Of a stretch of 64,000 nt of DNA, positions 49,677 to 57,280 are shown in pieces. A program made the position numbers and the translations under genes. Within the stretch, counting starts at the first letter, position 1; each line of letters starts with the position of its first letter. The notes below the pieces were generated by a model. It worked only from the letters and a program-made list of their open reading frames with translations. It had not been told where the DNA came from and did not search any database. Source of the stretch: Candidatus Aminicenantes bacterium (GTDB taxonomy: Bacteria > Acidobacteriota > Aminicenantia > Aminicenantales > Aminicenantaceae); contig WVZL01000016.1 of NCBI GenBank assembly GCA_011772495.1, positions 10,075 through 74,074 of the forward strand, given 5' to 3'.

Positions 49677-50351
49677 CTATTCTTTCTTCTTTTTTTTCTC
49701 GTCGAGCAAGGAAGAGATTTCATCTATGATGTCTTCGTCAATCTCAGGCTTGGCCTTTTTCCCCGAATCAGGCGATTTTTTTTCATCTTTGGGAGGAACA
49801 GCCTCTTTCTTTTCTTTTGGGACCTCTTCTTTTTGGGGCTCCTTAGATGGAAGCTCAGCCTCCTGCTTTTTCTCAGCTGGCTCCTCTACCTTGATATCTT
49901 TAAATGAATTCTTAAATCTCTTAGAAAGCCCCTCCAGGATGGCATCAGAGTCCGGAAGTTCTTCTTGTATTTCCTCTTCTTCCTTCAACAGGTTCAGGGC
50001 AGATTTGATTAACTGGGCCTCATCATAAGGCTTTTCGAAATACTCAGAAGCCCCAAGATAGTTCAAAGCCTCATTCCTGTAAACAGGCCCTCGGTACAAT
50101 CCGGTGACGATAATAACAGGAACTTTTCCCTTTGATTCATTAGAAATCTTTTTTGCGAGGTCAAACCCATGCAACTTAGGCAGCATGGCTTCGAGGATTA
50201 CGAGGTCAGGTTTTTCTGATTGAAACATGTCATAAGCAGACATCCCGTTTGTGGCCTTGATGATCTCGAATTCATAGGGATCAAAGATCTTAGCCAAGGA
50301 GTCCAGGCTGCTACTATCGTAATCCACAATCAATATTTTTTTATCAGCCAT
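49677..50351 (-). CDS. Stand-alone receiver (REC) domain protein with atypical active site and a K/E/P-rich disordered tail
   Basis: The CheY-like fold pattern is KILIVDYDSSS..PDLVILEAMLPKLHG..VPVIIVTG..EYFEKPY. Glu replaces the conserved phospho-acceptor Asp, and the C-terminal ~100 aa are low complexity. Confidence 0.8.
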   Translation of the reverse strand: MADKKILIVDYDSSSLDSLAKIFDPYEFEIIKATNGMSAYDMFQSEKPDLVILEAMLPKLHGFDLAKKISNESKGKVPVIIVTGLYRGPVYRNEALNYLGASEYFEKPYDEAQLIKSALNLLKEEEEIQEELPDSDAILEGLSKRFKNSFKDIKVEEPAEKKQEAELPSKEPQKEEVPKEKKEAVPPKDEKKSPDSGKKAKPEIDEDIIDEISSLLDEKKKKKE

Positions 50352-50411
50352 TTGTGATATGAATTTTAATTTAAATCTCCCGTAATGTCAATGTGTGCCG
50401 GAAGTAAAAAA

Positions 50412-50518
50412 GGCCGCCGAGAAGAACGAAATCTGAATGGCGTTAAAAATCTTTCAGGAGCGAATATATCTCCTAGATAAAATGAAGAGGTCTCTGTTTT
50501 TCCTCCTCTCTTATTTAC
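50412..50518 (+). repeat. Partial (3-prime half) tandem copy of the 181-nt inverted-repeat element
   Basis: GCCGAGAAGAACGAAATCTGAATGGCGTTAAAAATCTTTCAGGAGCGAAT matches 50678-50727 at 45 of 50 positions. It is followed by the same TCCTCCT..TATTTAC tail that follows the full copy. Confidence 0.7.
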
Positions 50519-50562
50519 ATGTCTATTAGATAGAAAAGGCTTAACCACTCTTTTAACAGAAG

Positions 50563-50743
50563 GATCTTAGGGGAGGGATAAGGCGACCTTAAAAGATTTA
50601 GCCTTAGAATTTTGCTCTTCAAGGGAAGTCGACGGAGTCGACCTGTGAGTATGTCTGAGCAGAGCGAGTTACGGAGCAGCCGAGAAGAGCGAAATTTGAA
50701 TGGCGTCAAAAATCTTTTGGGAGCGAATCCCTTCCCTAAGATT
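50563..50743 (+). repeat. 181-nt element with 16-bp terminal inverted repeats (copy A2); MITE-like element or structured RNA
   Basis: GATCTTAGGGGAGGGA (50563-50578) pairs with TCCCTTCCCTAAGATT (50728-50743). There is an internal GTCGAC-GGA-GTCGAC hairpin (50628-50642). It is homologous to 57061-57241. Confidence 0.8.
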
Positions 50744-50791
50744 CTTCTCCTCCTATTTACGGAGGAATCTCTTTATGATATATTGGCCAAA

Positions 50792-51778
50792 ATGAGCCAA
50801 GCCAAACAGATAGACCTTTCTGTGATCGTCCCTGTCTTCAACGAAGCTGAAAATCTCACTCAACTTCATCAAGAGCTGACCACTTCCTGCGAAAAATTGA
50901 AGAAAGCCTATGAGATCATCTTTGTTGATGACGGAAGCTGGGATGAATCGTTTATTATCTTGAAAAAAATCCAAAAAAAGAACCCTAGCGTAAAGATCTT
51001 AAAGCTGAGGAGGAATTTTGGACAGACAGCTGCCCTCTCAGCGGGGTTTGACTATGCCAAAGGAGAGATTATCATCACTCTGGATGCCGATCTGCAGAAC
51101 GATCCTGAAGACATTCACCTTCTTATCCAAAAAATAGAAGAGGGCTATGACATCGTGAGTGGCTGGAGGAAAAGAAGAAAGGATAGACTCCTGACCAGGC
51201 GACTGCCCTCGGCCCTGGCTAACCGGCTCATTTCTTTTATAACTCGAGTCAAGCTCCATGATTACGGGTGCACTTTGAAGGCTTTCCGCAGGGATGTCGT
51301 CAAGAATATCAGGCTCTACGGAGAAATGCACCGGTTTATTCCAGCTATAGCCAGTCAGATGGGAGTCTCTATTTCTGAGGTCAAAGTCAGCCACCGGCCT
51401 CGAGTGCACGGAAAATCAAAATACAGTGTTTTCAGGTTCATCAAAGTCATCCTGGACCTCCTGACTGTAAAATTTCTGTTGAGTTATTCGACCCGTCCTC
51501 TCCAGATTTTCGGTCTCATAGGTCTGGTAAGCTGCCTGGCCGGTATTATCATGGGTCTCTATCTTTCCTACCAGAGGCTAATCGTCCAAGTCAGCCTCGC
51601 TGACCGACCGATTCTTCTCTTAGCCATATTGCTCATCATCATCGGCATTCAATTCATAACTATCGGGCTCTTGGCAGAAATCATGGCCCGAGCCTACCAT
51701 GAGTCTTCAGAAAAAAGCATTTACTTCATCCGGGAAATCGTCGATTCTGATGCCGAGGAAAAGCCCTCCGATACCTGA
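50792..51778 (+). CDS. GT2 polyprenyl-phosphate glycosyltransferase (GtrB/ArnC/DPM1-like) with two C-terminal TM helices
   Basis: LSVIVPVFNEAENL, FVDDGSWD, RNFGQTAALSAG, TLDADLQNDP. The ORF-track start at 50612 lies inside the repeat element, so ATG 50792 is preferred (weak SD). Confidence 0.85.
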   Translation: MSQAKQIDLSVIVPVFNEAENLTQLHQELTTSCEKLKKAYEIIFVDDGSWDESFIILKKIQKKNPSVKILKLRRNFGQTAALSAGFDYAKGEIIITLDADLQNDPEDIHLLIQKIEEGYDIVSGWRKRRKDRLLTRRLPSALANRLISFITRVKLHDYGCTLKAFRRDVVKNIRLYGEMHRFIPAIASQMGVSISEVKVSHRPRVHGKSKYSVFRFIKVILDLLTVKFLLSYSTRPLQIFGLIGLVSCLAGIIMGLYLSYQRLIVQVSLADRPILLLAILLIIIGIQFITIGLLAEIMARAYHESSEKSIYFIREIVDSDAEEKPSDT

Positions 51779-52938
51779 TGAAAATCCTTATGCTTGCTCC
51801 AGAGCCCTTTTTCCAGCCCCGGGGAACGCCGCTGAGCGAATACTTCAGGATAAAAGCCCTATCTGATCTCGGTCACAAGATTGACCTGGTCACTTATCAC
51901 CTCGGAGAAGACGTCAAGATTAAAAACCTCAGAATCTTAAGAATTCCCAACCTTTTCTTGATTCGAGAAATAAAAATCGGCCCTTCTTGGGCAAAAATCC
52001 CGCTTGATTTTTTACTCTTCTGGAAAGCATTCTTTCAGCTCGTGAGAAGCGACTATGATCTGATCTTTTCTCACGAAGAAGCAGCCCTGCTGGGAGTTAT
52101 CCTGGCCAAAATATGGCGTCGGCCTCACCTCTATGATATGCATTCCAGCCTTCCCCAGCAGTTGGAGAATTTTAATTTTTCTCGTTCAAAGATGCTAAGG
52201 GCATTATTTAAAGGGCTCGAAAAATTCATCCTTAAAAATTCTCAATCCATCATCGTCATCTGTCTCGATCTGCTGCAGAAAGTTGCCAAGGGAGGATACA
52301 AAAACAGGGCGGTCCTGGTAGAAAACTTCCTCGACTTCAAAGGAGAGGACTTTTCGGCTCAGCAAATCGAAAAGAAACGCCAAGAGTTCGCTTCAAGAGG
52401 AGAAAAAATCATCCTCTACACTGGAAACTTCCAGTCTTACCAGGGCATCCCCCTGCTCCTCGAGGCGGCAAAGAGAATTAAAGAGAAAGCAGTTTTTCTC
52501 TTCGTTGGTGGAAATGGGGCCAGAATCGAGGAGATGAGGCAAAAGGTAAAAACGCTAAAGATTGAAGACAGAATCGTTTTTAATCCCGAAATCGCTCCTT
52601 CCTTAATCCCGCTTTTTATCTCGGTGGCTGATGTCCTCGTTTCGCCCCGGACCTCGGGAACGAATACCCCTCTTAAGATATATTCATTCATGAAGTCCGG
52701 AAAGCCGATCGTGGCCACCAATCTCTGGACGCACACTCAAGTCTTGAGCCCAGAAATTTCTGTTCTGGCCGAGCCTGATCCGCAGAGTTTGGCTGATGGC
52801 ATCATCTTTGCTCTCCACCAGGAGGAAGCGCAGGACCGAGCTCGGAAGTGCAAACAACTTGCTGAAAGGGAATACACCTATCCCCGCTATCTGGAAAAAA
52901 TCCGCCTGTCTCTCCAGAAAGCGCAAAAAGCTTCTTGA
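51778..52938 (+). CDS. GT-B fold glycosyltransferase (GT4-like)
   Basis: N-terminus MKILMLAPEPFFQPRGTP. C-terminal sugar-donor region LYTGNFQSYQGIPLLLEA..VSPRTSGTNTPLKIYSFMKSGKPIVAT. The start overlaps the upstream stop. Confidence 0.85.
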   Translation: MKILMLAPEPFFQPRGTPLSEYFRIKALSDLGHKIDLVTYHLGEDVKIKNLRILRIPNLFLIREIKIGPSWAKIPLDFLLFWKAFFQLVRSDYDLIFSHEEAALLGVILAKIWRRPHLYDMHSSLPQQLENFNFSRSKMLRALFKGLEKFILKNSQSIIVICLDLLQKVAKGGYKNRAVLVENFLDFKGEDFSAQQIEKKRQEFASRGEKIILYTGNFQSYQGIPLLLEAAKRIKEKAVFLFVGGNGARIEEMRQKVKTLKIEDRIVFNPEIAPSLIPLFISVADVLVSPRTSGTNTPLKIYSFMKSGKPIVATNLWTHTQVLSPEISVLAEPDPQSLADGIIFALHQEEAQDRARKCKQLAEREYTYPRYLEKIRLSLQKAQKAS

Positions 52939-52957
52939 GAAGGAATTTCTTTTAATC

Positions 52958-53926
52958 ATGAGAGCCTTCCTGACCGGAGCTTCAGGATTCATCGGCAGCC
53001 ATCTGGTTGATTATCTCTTGAAGAAAGGGTGGCAGGTCCGGGCTCTTCTCCACCTGAACAAAATCCAGCGGGAAGAAGAGATCGAAGTCGTCCGGGGAGA
53101 TATTAGAGACTATCAGGCTTTAAGGCAGGCCTTAGAGGAAACAGATGTTCTATTTCATCTTGCGGCCTCGTTGGGATCAGCCTTAATCAGCCAAGATGAA
53201 TTCTACCAGATCAATGCCCTTGGCACCAGGAATATTCTGAAAGCAGCTCAAGCCCAAAACGTAAAAACAATAGTCCATCTCAGCTCGGCGGGTGTGCTGG
53301 GTTCGGTCAAAGAAAATGAGGTCGCTGCTGAAGACTATCCTGTAAACCCAATAAGTATCTATGATAAAAGCAAACTCGAAGGAGAAAAAATCGCTCTCCG
53401 GAAGGCCCTTGAAGGAATGAATATCGTGGTCGTCAGACCAGGATGGGTCTACGGTCCGGGTGACAGGAGAACTTTCAAACTCATAAATTCCATCGCCAAG
53501 AAGAAGTTCATCCTGGTCACCAAGGGAAAAACTTGGCAAACCCCTATCTATATCCAGGATCTCCTGGAAGGCATCCTCCTTTGTGCAGAAAAAGGGCGGA
53601 AGGGAGAAATCTACCACCTCTCAGGCGGAGAGGTGTTGAGAGTGAAAGAAATGGTGGAGGTCATAGCTTCAGCCACCGGGGATAAAATACCGCCTTTCAC
53701 TCTCCCTCTTTTCCCAGTAAAACTGGCAGCCTTGACTTTGGAGAAAATCTTTTCCCTCTTCAGGAAGGAAGCTCCTCTCAATAGGGCCAAGCTCAGCTTT
53801 TTCATACATCCTAAGCCTCTTTCTATAAAAAAAGCTGAGAGGGAATTGGGGTTTGCTCCCCAGAAAAAATTTAAGGATGGGATGGTTCTGGCAATAGCCT
53901 GGTACAGAGAAAACAACTGGCTGTAG
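52958..53926 (+). CDS. NAD-dependent nucleotide-sugar epimerase/dehydratase (extended SDR)
   Basis: The ATG at 52958 gives MRAFLTGASGFIGSHL (GxxGxxG), then YDKSK (YxxxK). The ORF-track N-terminal 54 aa overlap the GT4 gene. Confidence 0.85.
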   Translation: MRAFLTGASGFIGSHLVDYLLKKGWQVRALLHLNKIQREEEIEVVRGDIRDYQALRQALEETDVLFHLAASLGSALISQDEFYQINALGTRNILKAAQAQNVKTIVHLSSAGVLGSVKENEVAAEDYPVNPISIYDKSKLEGEKIALRKALEGMNIVVVRPGWVYGPGDRRTFKLINSIAKKKFILVTKGKTWQTPIYIQDLLEGILLCAEKGRKGEIYHLSGGEVLRVKEMVEVIASATGDKIPPFTLPLFPVKLAALTLEKIFSLFRKEAPLNRAKLSFFIHPKPLSIKKAERELGFAPQKKFKDGMVLAIAWYRENNWL

Positions 53927-53962
53927 TCAAAAAGTCACCCTGGCTAATCCAGCCGGTTTGAA

Positions 53963-53991
53963 TTGACTTCAAATCGAGGAGCTTATAATAT
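53963..53991 (+). promoter_or_regulatory. Sigma-70-like promoter ahead of the methyltransferase/transporter/radical-SAM genes
   Basis: TTGACT (53963-53968), then either a 17-nt spacer and TAATAT (53986-53991) or a 15-nt spacer and TATAAT (53984-53989). Confidence 0.4.
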
Positions 53992-54020
53992 ATTTATTCC
54001 CCTTTTGAGACACACAGAGG

Positions 54021-54779
54021 ATGAAGAAAGAAAGAGTCGGGAAGTTCTATGACGTGGTATGGACAAAATACATTCCCGAATACTCAGCCTCAGAGCAACA
54101 TCTGGAAATCTTTTTTGCCGATGAAGAAATCAGGAACAAAAGAGTCCTGGATGCCGGCTGCGGAACCGGCATTTTCAGTATTATCTTTGCCAGCAAAGGC
54201 GCCTCGCAGGTGATGGGTACAGATATCAGCCAGGGCAGTCTGGAGACGGCCAGAAGCTTGAAGCAAAAATTCAACCTCCAGAATGTCGAGTTCAGGGAAG
54301 AAGACACGCTCCAGCTTCCTTTTGAGGACGATTCTTTTGACATTGTCTGGGCTTGGGGAACAGTTCATCACACGACCAATCCTTTTAAGGCCATCGATGA
54401 ACTGGCCAGGGTCTTGAGAAGAGGAGGAAGTCTTCTTTTGGCTGTCTACAGGAGGACGAAGTTGACATTCCTTCATGAAATCATCAGGAAAATCCTTCTC
54501 CAGACTCCCAAGAAGTCCTGGACGGCTCTATCCAAGGTCTTTGCCTTTTTCCTGGCGCCCGTGGTCCTTATGTTCAAGAAAAGGGAAAAGTCCCGCAAAG
54601 GAGAAAAATTGGAAGAGCTCATTCTTGATTGGTACTTTGTTCCCATCAGACACTATTATTATCCCGAGGAAATTCAAAAGTTCTTGGAGGCGAAAGGTTT
54701 TGAGGTGGAAAAATTCCTTCCTGCCTCTGGCCGTTTTGACAGCACTTCCAATTTCATCCTGAAGGCTCGGAAAAAATAG
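54021..54779 (+). CDS. Class I SAM-dependent methyltransferase
   Basis: Motif I VLDAGCGTGIFS, with FDIVWAWGTVHH and GGSLLLAV downstream. Confidence 0.8.
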   Translation: MKKERVGKFYDVVWTKYIPEYSASEQHLEIFFADEEIRNKRVLDAGCGTGIFSIIFASKGASQVMGTDISQGSLETARSLKQKFNLQNVEFREEDTLQLPFEDDSFDIVWAWGTVHHTTNPFKAIDELARVLRRGGSLLLAVYRRTKLTFLHEIIRKILLQTPKKSWTALSKVFAFFLAPVVLMFKKREKSRKGEKLEELILDWYFVPIRHYYYPEEIQKFLEAKGFEVEKFLPASGRFDSTSNFILKARKK

Positions 54780-54789
54780 GATTCTGGAT

Positions 54790-56019
54790 ATGAAAAAAAT
54801 CAAGCTTCATACCAAGATTTTCATCGGATTGACCCTGGGCATAATAGTCGGGCTTGTTTTCGGGGAGAAGGCCCGCCTCATTGAACCCGTAGGCACAATC
54901 TTCCTCCGTCTCATCACCATGATCGTTGTTCCCCTGGTTCTGGTCTCCCTCATGCTGGGGACAGCAAGTCTGGGGGATATCAGGAAGTTGGGCCGCATCG
55001 GTATCAAAACCATTGCCTACTTCACCATAACCACCATGATTGCCATCTCCATCGGCCTTTTTTTAGCCAATGTCGTCAACCCTGGTTATGGCTTGAACGA
55101 ACAAGTCAAGGAAGAGCTGTACAAGAATTACGAGTCCAAGGCTCAAATCGGGATTCAAAGAATGAAAGAAAAACCCTCTGCTCTGGATGTGCTAGTGGAC
55201 ATTGTTCCCACCAACCCCCTAAAATCTCTGGTCGAAGGCAACATGCTCCAAGTCATCTTCCTGGCTCTTCTCTTTGGCATCATCCTCACTCTCATCAAGA
55301 AAGAAAGGGCTGAACCCCTGATTAAATTTCTCGAAGGTCTGAATGATGCCATTATTCAAGTTGTTCATATCGCCATGAGACTCGCTCCTTATGGAGTCCT
55401 GGCCTTGATAGCTGCGGTTATCGGTCAATACGGCGTCCAAATTCTGGTCACTCTCCTCAAATACTCTTTGGTAGTGGTGGGAGGCCTGGTCATTTATACT
55501 TTTAGTATCAACAGCTTAACGGTGGGTTTTCTGGGCCGTTTGAATCCTCTCCGTTTTTACAAGGGAGTCAAGGAAGCTATGATCATTGCCTTTAGCACTT
55601 CAAGCTCTAACGCCGCCCTGCCGGTGAGCCTGGAATGCGTCGAGTATATCGGTGTTCCCCGGGAATATTCGAGCTTTGTTATTCCTCTGGGGGCGACTAT
55701 CAACATGGATGGAACAGCTCTCTACCAAGGCGTGGCCGCTGTTTTCATAGCCCAAATCTACGGAGTCCCCTTAGGCATCATGGACCAACTCACCATTGTC
55801 CTGATGGCAACTCTTGCCTCGGTGGGAGCAGCAGGAGTTCCTGCTGCAGGCATCATCACTCTGGCCATGGTCTTGAGGCAGATAGGTGTCCCTCTAGAAG
55901 GAATTGCTCTGATTTTAGGCGTGGACAGGTTCCTGGACATGTGTCGAACCACTACCAATATTGTAGGAGACATGGCCTGTTCGGTCGTTATCAAGGAAAC
56001 GGAAACGCGAAGAAAATGA
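54790..56019 (+). CDS. Dicarboxylate/amino acid:cation symporter (DAACS, GltP-like)
   Basis: FSTSSSNAALP, INMDGTALYQGVAAVFIAQ and DRFLDMCRTTTNIVGD motifs, plus TM-rich composition. Confidence 0.9.
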   Translation: MKKIKLHTKIFIGLTLGIIVGLVFGEKARLIEPVGTIFLRLITMIVVPLVLVSLMLGTASLGDIRKLGRIGIKTIAYFTITTMIAISIGLFLANVVNPGYGLNEQVKEELYKNYESKAQIGIQRMKEKPSALDVLVDIVPTNPLKSLVEGNMLQVIFLALLFGIILTLIKKERAEPLIKFLEGLNDAIIQVVHIAMRLAPYGVLALIAAVIGQYGVQILVTLLKYSLVVVGGLVIYTFSINSLTVGFLGRLNPLRFYKGVKEAMIIAFSTSSSNAALPVSLECVEYIGVPREYSSFVIPLGATINMDGTALYQGVAAVFIAQIYGVPLGIMDQLTIVLMATLASVGAAGVPAAGIITLAMVLRQIGVPLEGIALILGVDRFLDMCRTTTNIVGDMACSVVIKETETRRK

Positions 56020-56993
56020 AATCTCTAAAATACTGGAGGCGGCTGACAAGGCTTTTCTACCATTTCCGAAAAAAATCCAGCCAACTGCCCTACCTTCCGG
56101 TGCGGCTGTGGATAGAGCTCACCAGCTACTGCAACCTGAAATGCATCATGTGTCCCAATCAAAAACTCACCAAAAAAGATAAAGGCTACCTGGACTTTGA
56201 TCTTTATCGAAAAATCATCGATGAAGCCGCCTCGTTTGCTTTCGAGGTCAATCTAGCTCATCGAGGAGAATCCCTCCTCTATCCGGATCTCATAGAAGCC
56301 ATCAGGTATGCCAAGGAGCACGGCCTCTTCACCAGGCTTCATACCAACGGCTCTCTCTTAACTTCTGAGCTTGCCTCTTCAATCATTGATTCAGGATTGG
56401 ATCGGCTTTCTTTCTCCTTTGACGGCTATAATAAAGAAAATTATGAAAAAATCAGGATCAAGGGCAATTTTGACCGGACCATCGCTAATATCATCCAACT
56501 TCTAGAAATGAAAAAATCTCTTCATCTGAAAAGACCGCGAGTCGCCATAGAAGTGATCGATTTCACTCCTGAAGAAACAAGAAAGAAGGCTCGAGCCAAG
56601 GATGAATTCAGGAACCGGTTCCAAGGCCTCCCCCTGGATGAAATGGTGGTCAAAGAGCTTCATAACTGGGCTGGTGAGACCAGCGCGGAAAAACCTTCTT
56701 CGGTACGGACAATATGCACCTTTCCCTGGAATGCGCTCATCATTTTCTGGGACGGGAGCGTTTTACCCTGCAGCCAGGATTTTTTTGGAAGCTACATCCT
56801 GGGTAACGTCAAGCATTCTTCCCTCAGAGATATATGGAACAACGAGAGAATGGTCTCCCTTCGCCAGAAGCTGGCCTCCAAAGAGGTGGCGGATTTGAAC
56901 CCCTGCGCCAGCTGCGACCGCTTGAGAAGGAAAAATATTCTTGGAGTGCCGAAAGAATACCTCTGGAAATTCCTCTCCAAGAGAATGCCTTAA
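56016..56993 (+). CDS. Radical SAM enzyme with C-terminal SPASM domain
   Basis: The ATG at 56016 overlaps the transporter stop (ATGA). Radical SAM motif CNLKCIMC (CxxxCxxC). SPASM-like CTFPWNALIIFWDGSVLPCSQD..NPCASCDRL. The ORF-track N-terminal 127 aa are an alternate frame of the transporter gene. Confidence 0.85.
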   Translation: MKSLKYWRRLTRLFYHFRKKSSQLPYLPVRLWIELTSYCNLKCIMCPNQKLTKKDKGYLDFDLYRKIIDEAASFAFEVNLAHRGESLLYPDLIEAIRYAKEHGLFTRLHTNGSLLTSELASSIIDSGLDRLSFSFDGYNKENYEKIRIKGNFDRTIANIIQLLEMKKSLHLKRPRVAIEVIDFTPEETRKKARAKDEFRNRFQGLPLDEMVVKELHNWAGETSAEKPSSVRTICTFPWNALIIFWDGSVLPCSQDFFGSYILGNVKHSSLRDIWNNERMVSLRQKLASKEVADLNPCASCDRLRRKNILGVPKEYLWKFLSKRMP

Positions 56994-57060
56994 CAACACA
57001 TTCAGGCTTCATCCCCCTCTCTCTATTGATTCCAAAACTAGGGCCACTCAGAATACTAAA

Positions 57061-57241
57061 AATCTTAGGGGATGGACGAAACGACCTTTTCAGGTTTAAC
57101 CTTCGGATTTCGGCCTTCGAGGGAAGTCGATAGAGTCGACCGGCGAGTATGTTTGAGCGAAGCGAGTTATGCAGCCGCTGAGAAGGCCGAGAGGAGAATG
57201 ACGCTAAAAATCTTTTGGGCGTGAGAACATCCCCCAAGATT
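57061..57241 (+). repeat. 181-nt element with 14-bp terminal inverted repeats (copy B), same orientation as copy A2
   Basis: AATCTTAGGGGATG (57061-57074) pairs with CATCCCCCAAGATT (57228-57241) at 13 of 14 positions. Internal hairpin GTCGAT-AGA-GTCGAC (57126-57140). Collinear with 50563-50743 across its length. Confidence 0.8.
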
Positions 57242-57280
57242 CTTTTCGGCCGCTATAGAAAAAGGGAGGCTCGTCTTTTT

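Noticed and set aside
50366-50709. Minus-strand ORFs within the repeat copies (50366-50548, 50515-50709, 56824-57237), whose translations resemble each other (..TPFKFRSSR.. / ..TPKRFLASFSSR..).
   Set aside because: The similarity simply reflects nucleotide homology of the element. The ORFs have no SD or consistent start, differ by frame-neutral indels, show no third-position bias in their substitutions, and the longest runs antisense into the radical SAM gene. The plus-strand frame is broken by a stop in copy B.
55635-56015. The 127-aa N-terminal extension of the radical SAM ORF, and similar extensions at 22593-22781, 52796-52957 and 50612-50791.
   Set aside because: These extensions overlap the preceding gene in another frame, or lie inside the repeat element. 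They are Cys/Arg/His/Ser-rich nonsense, and a conserved-looking start with operon coupling exists downstream.
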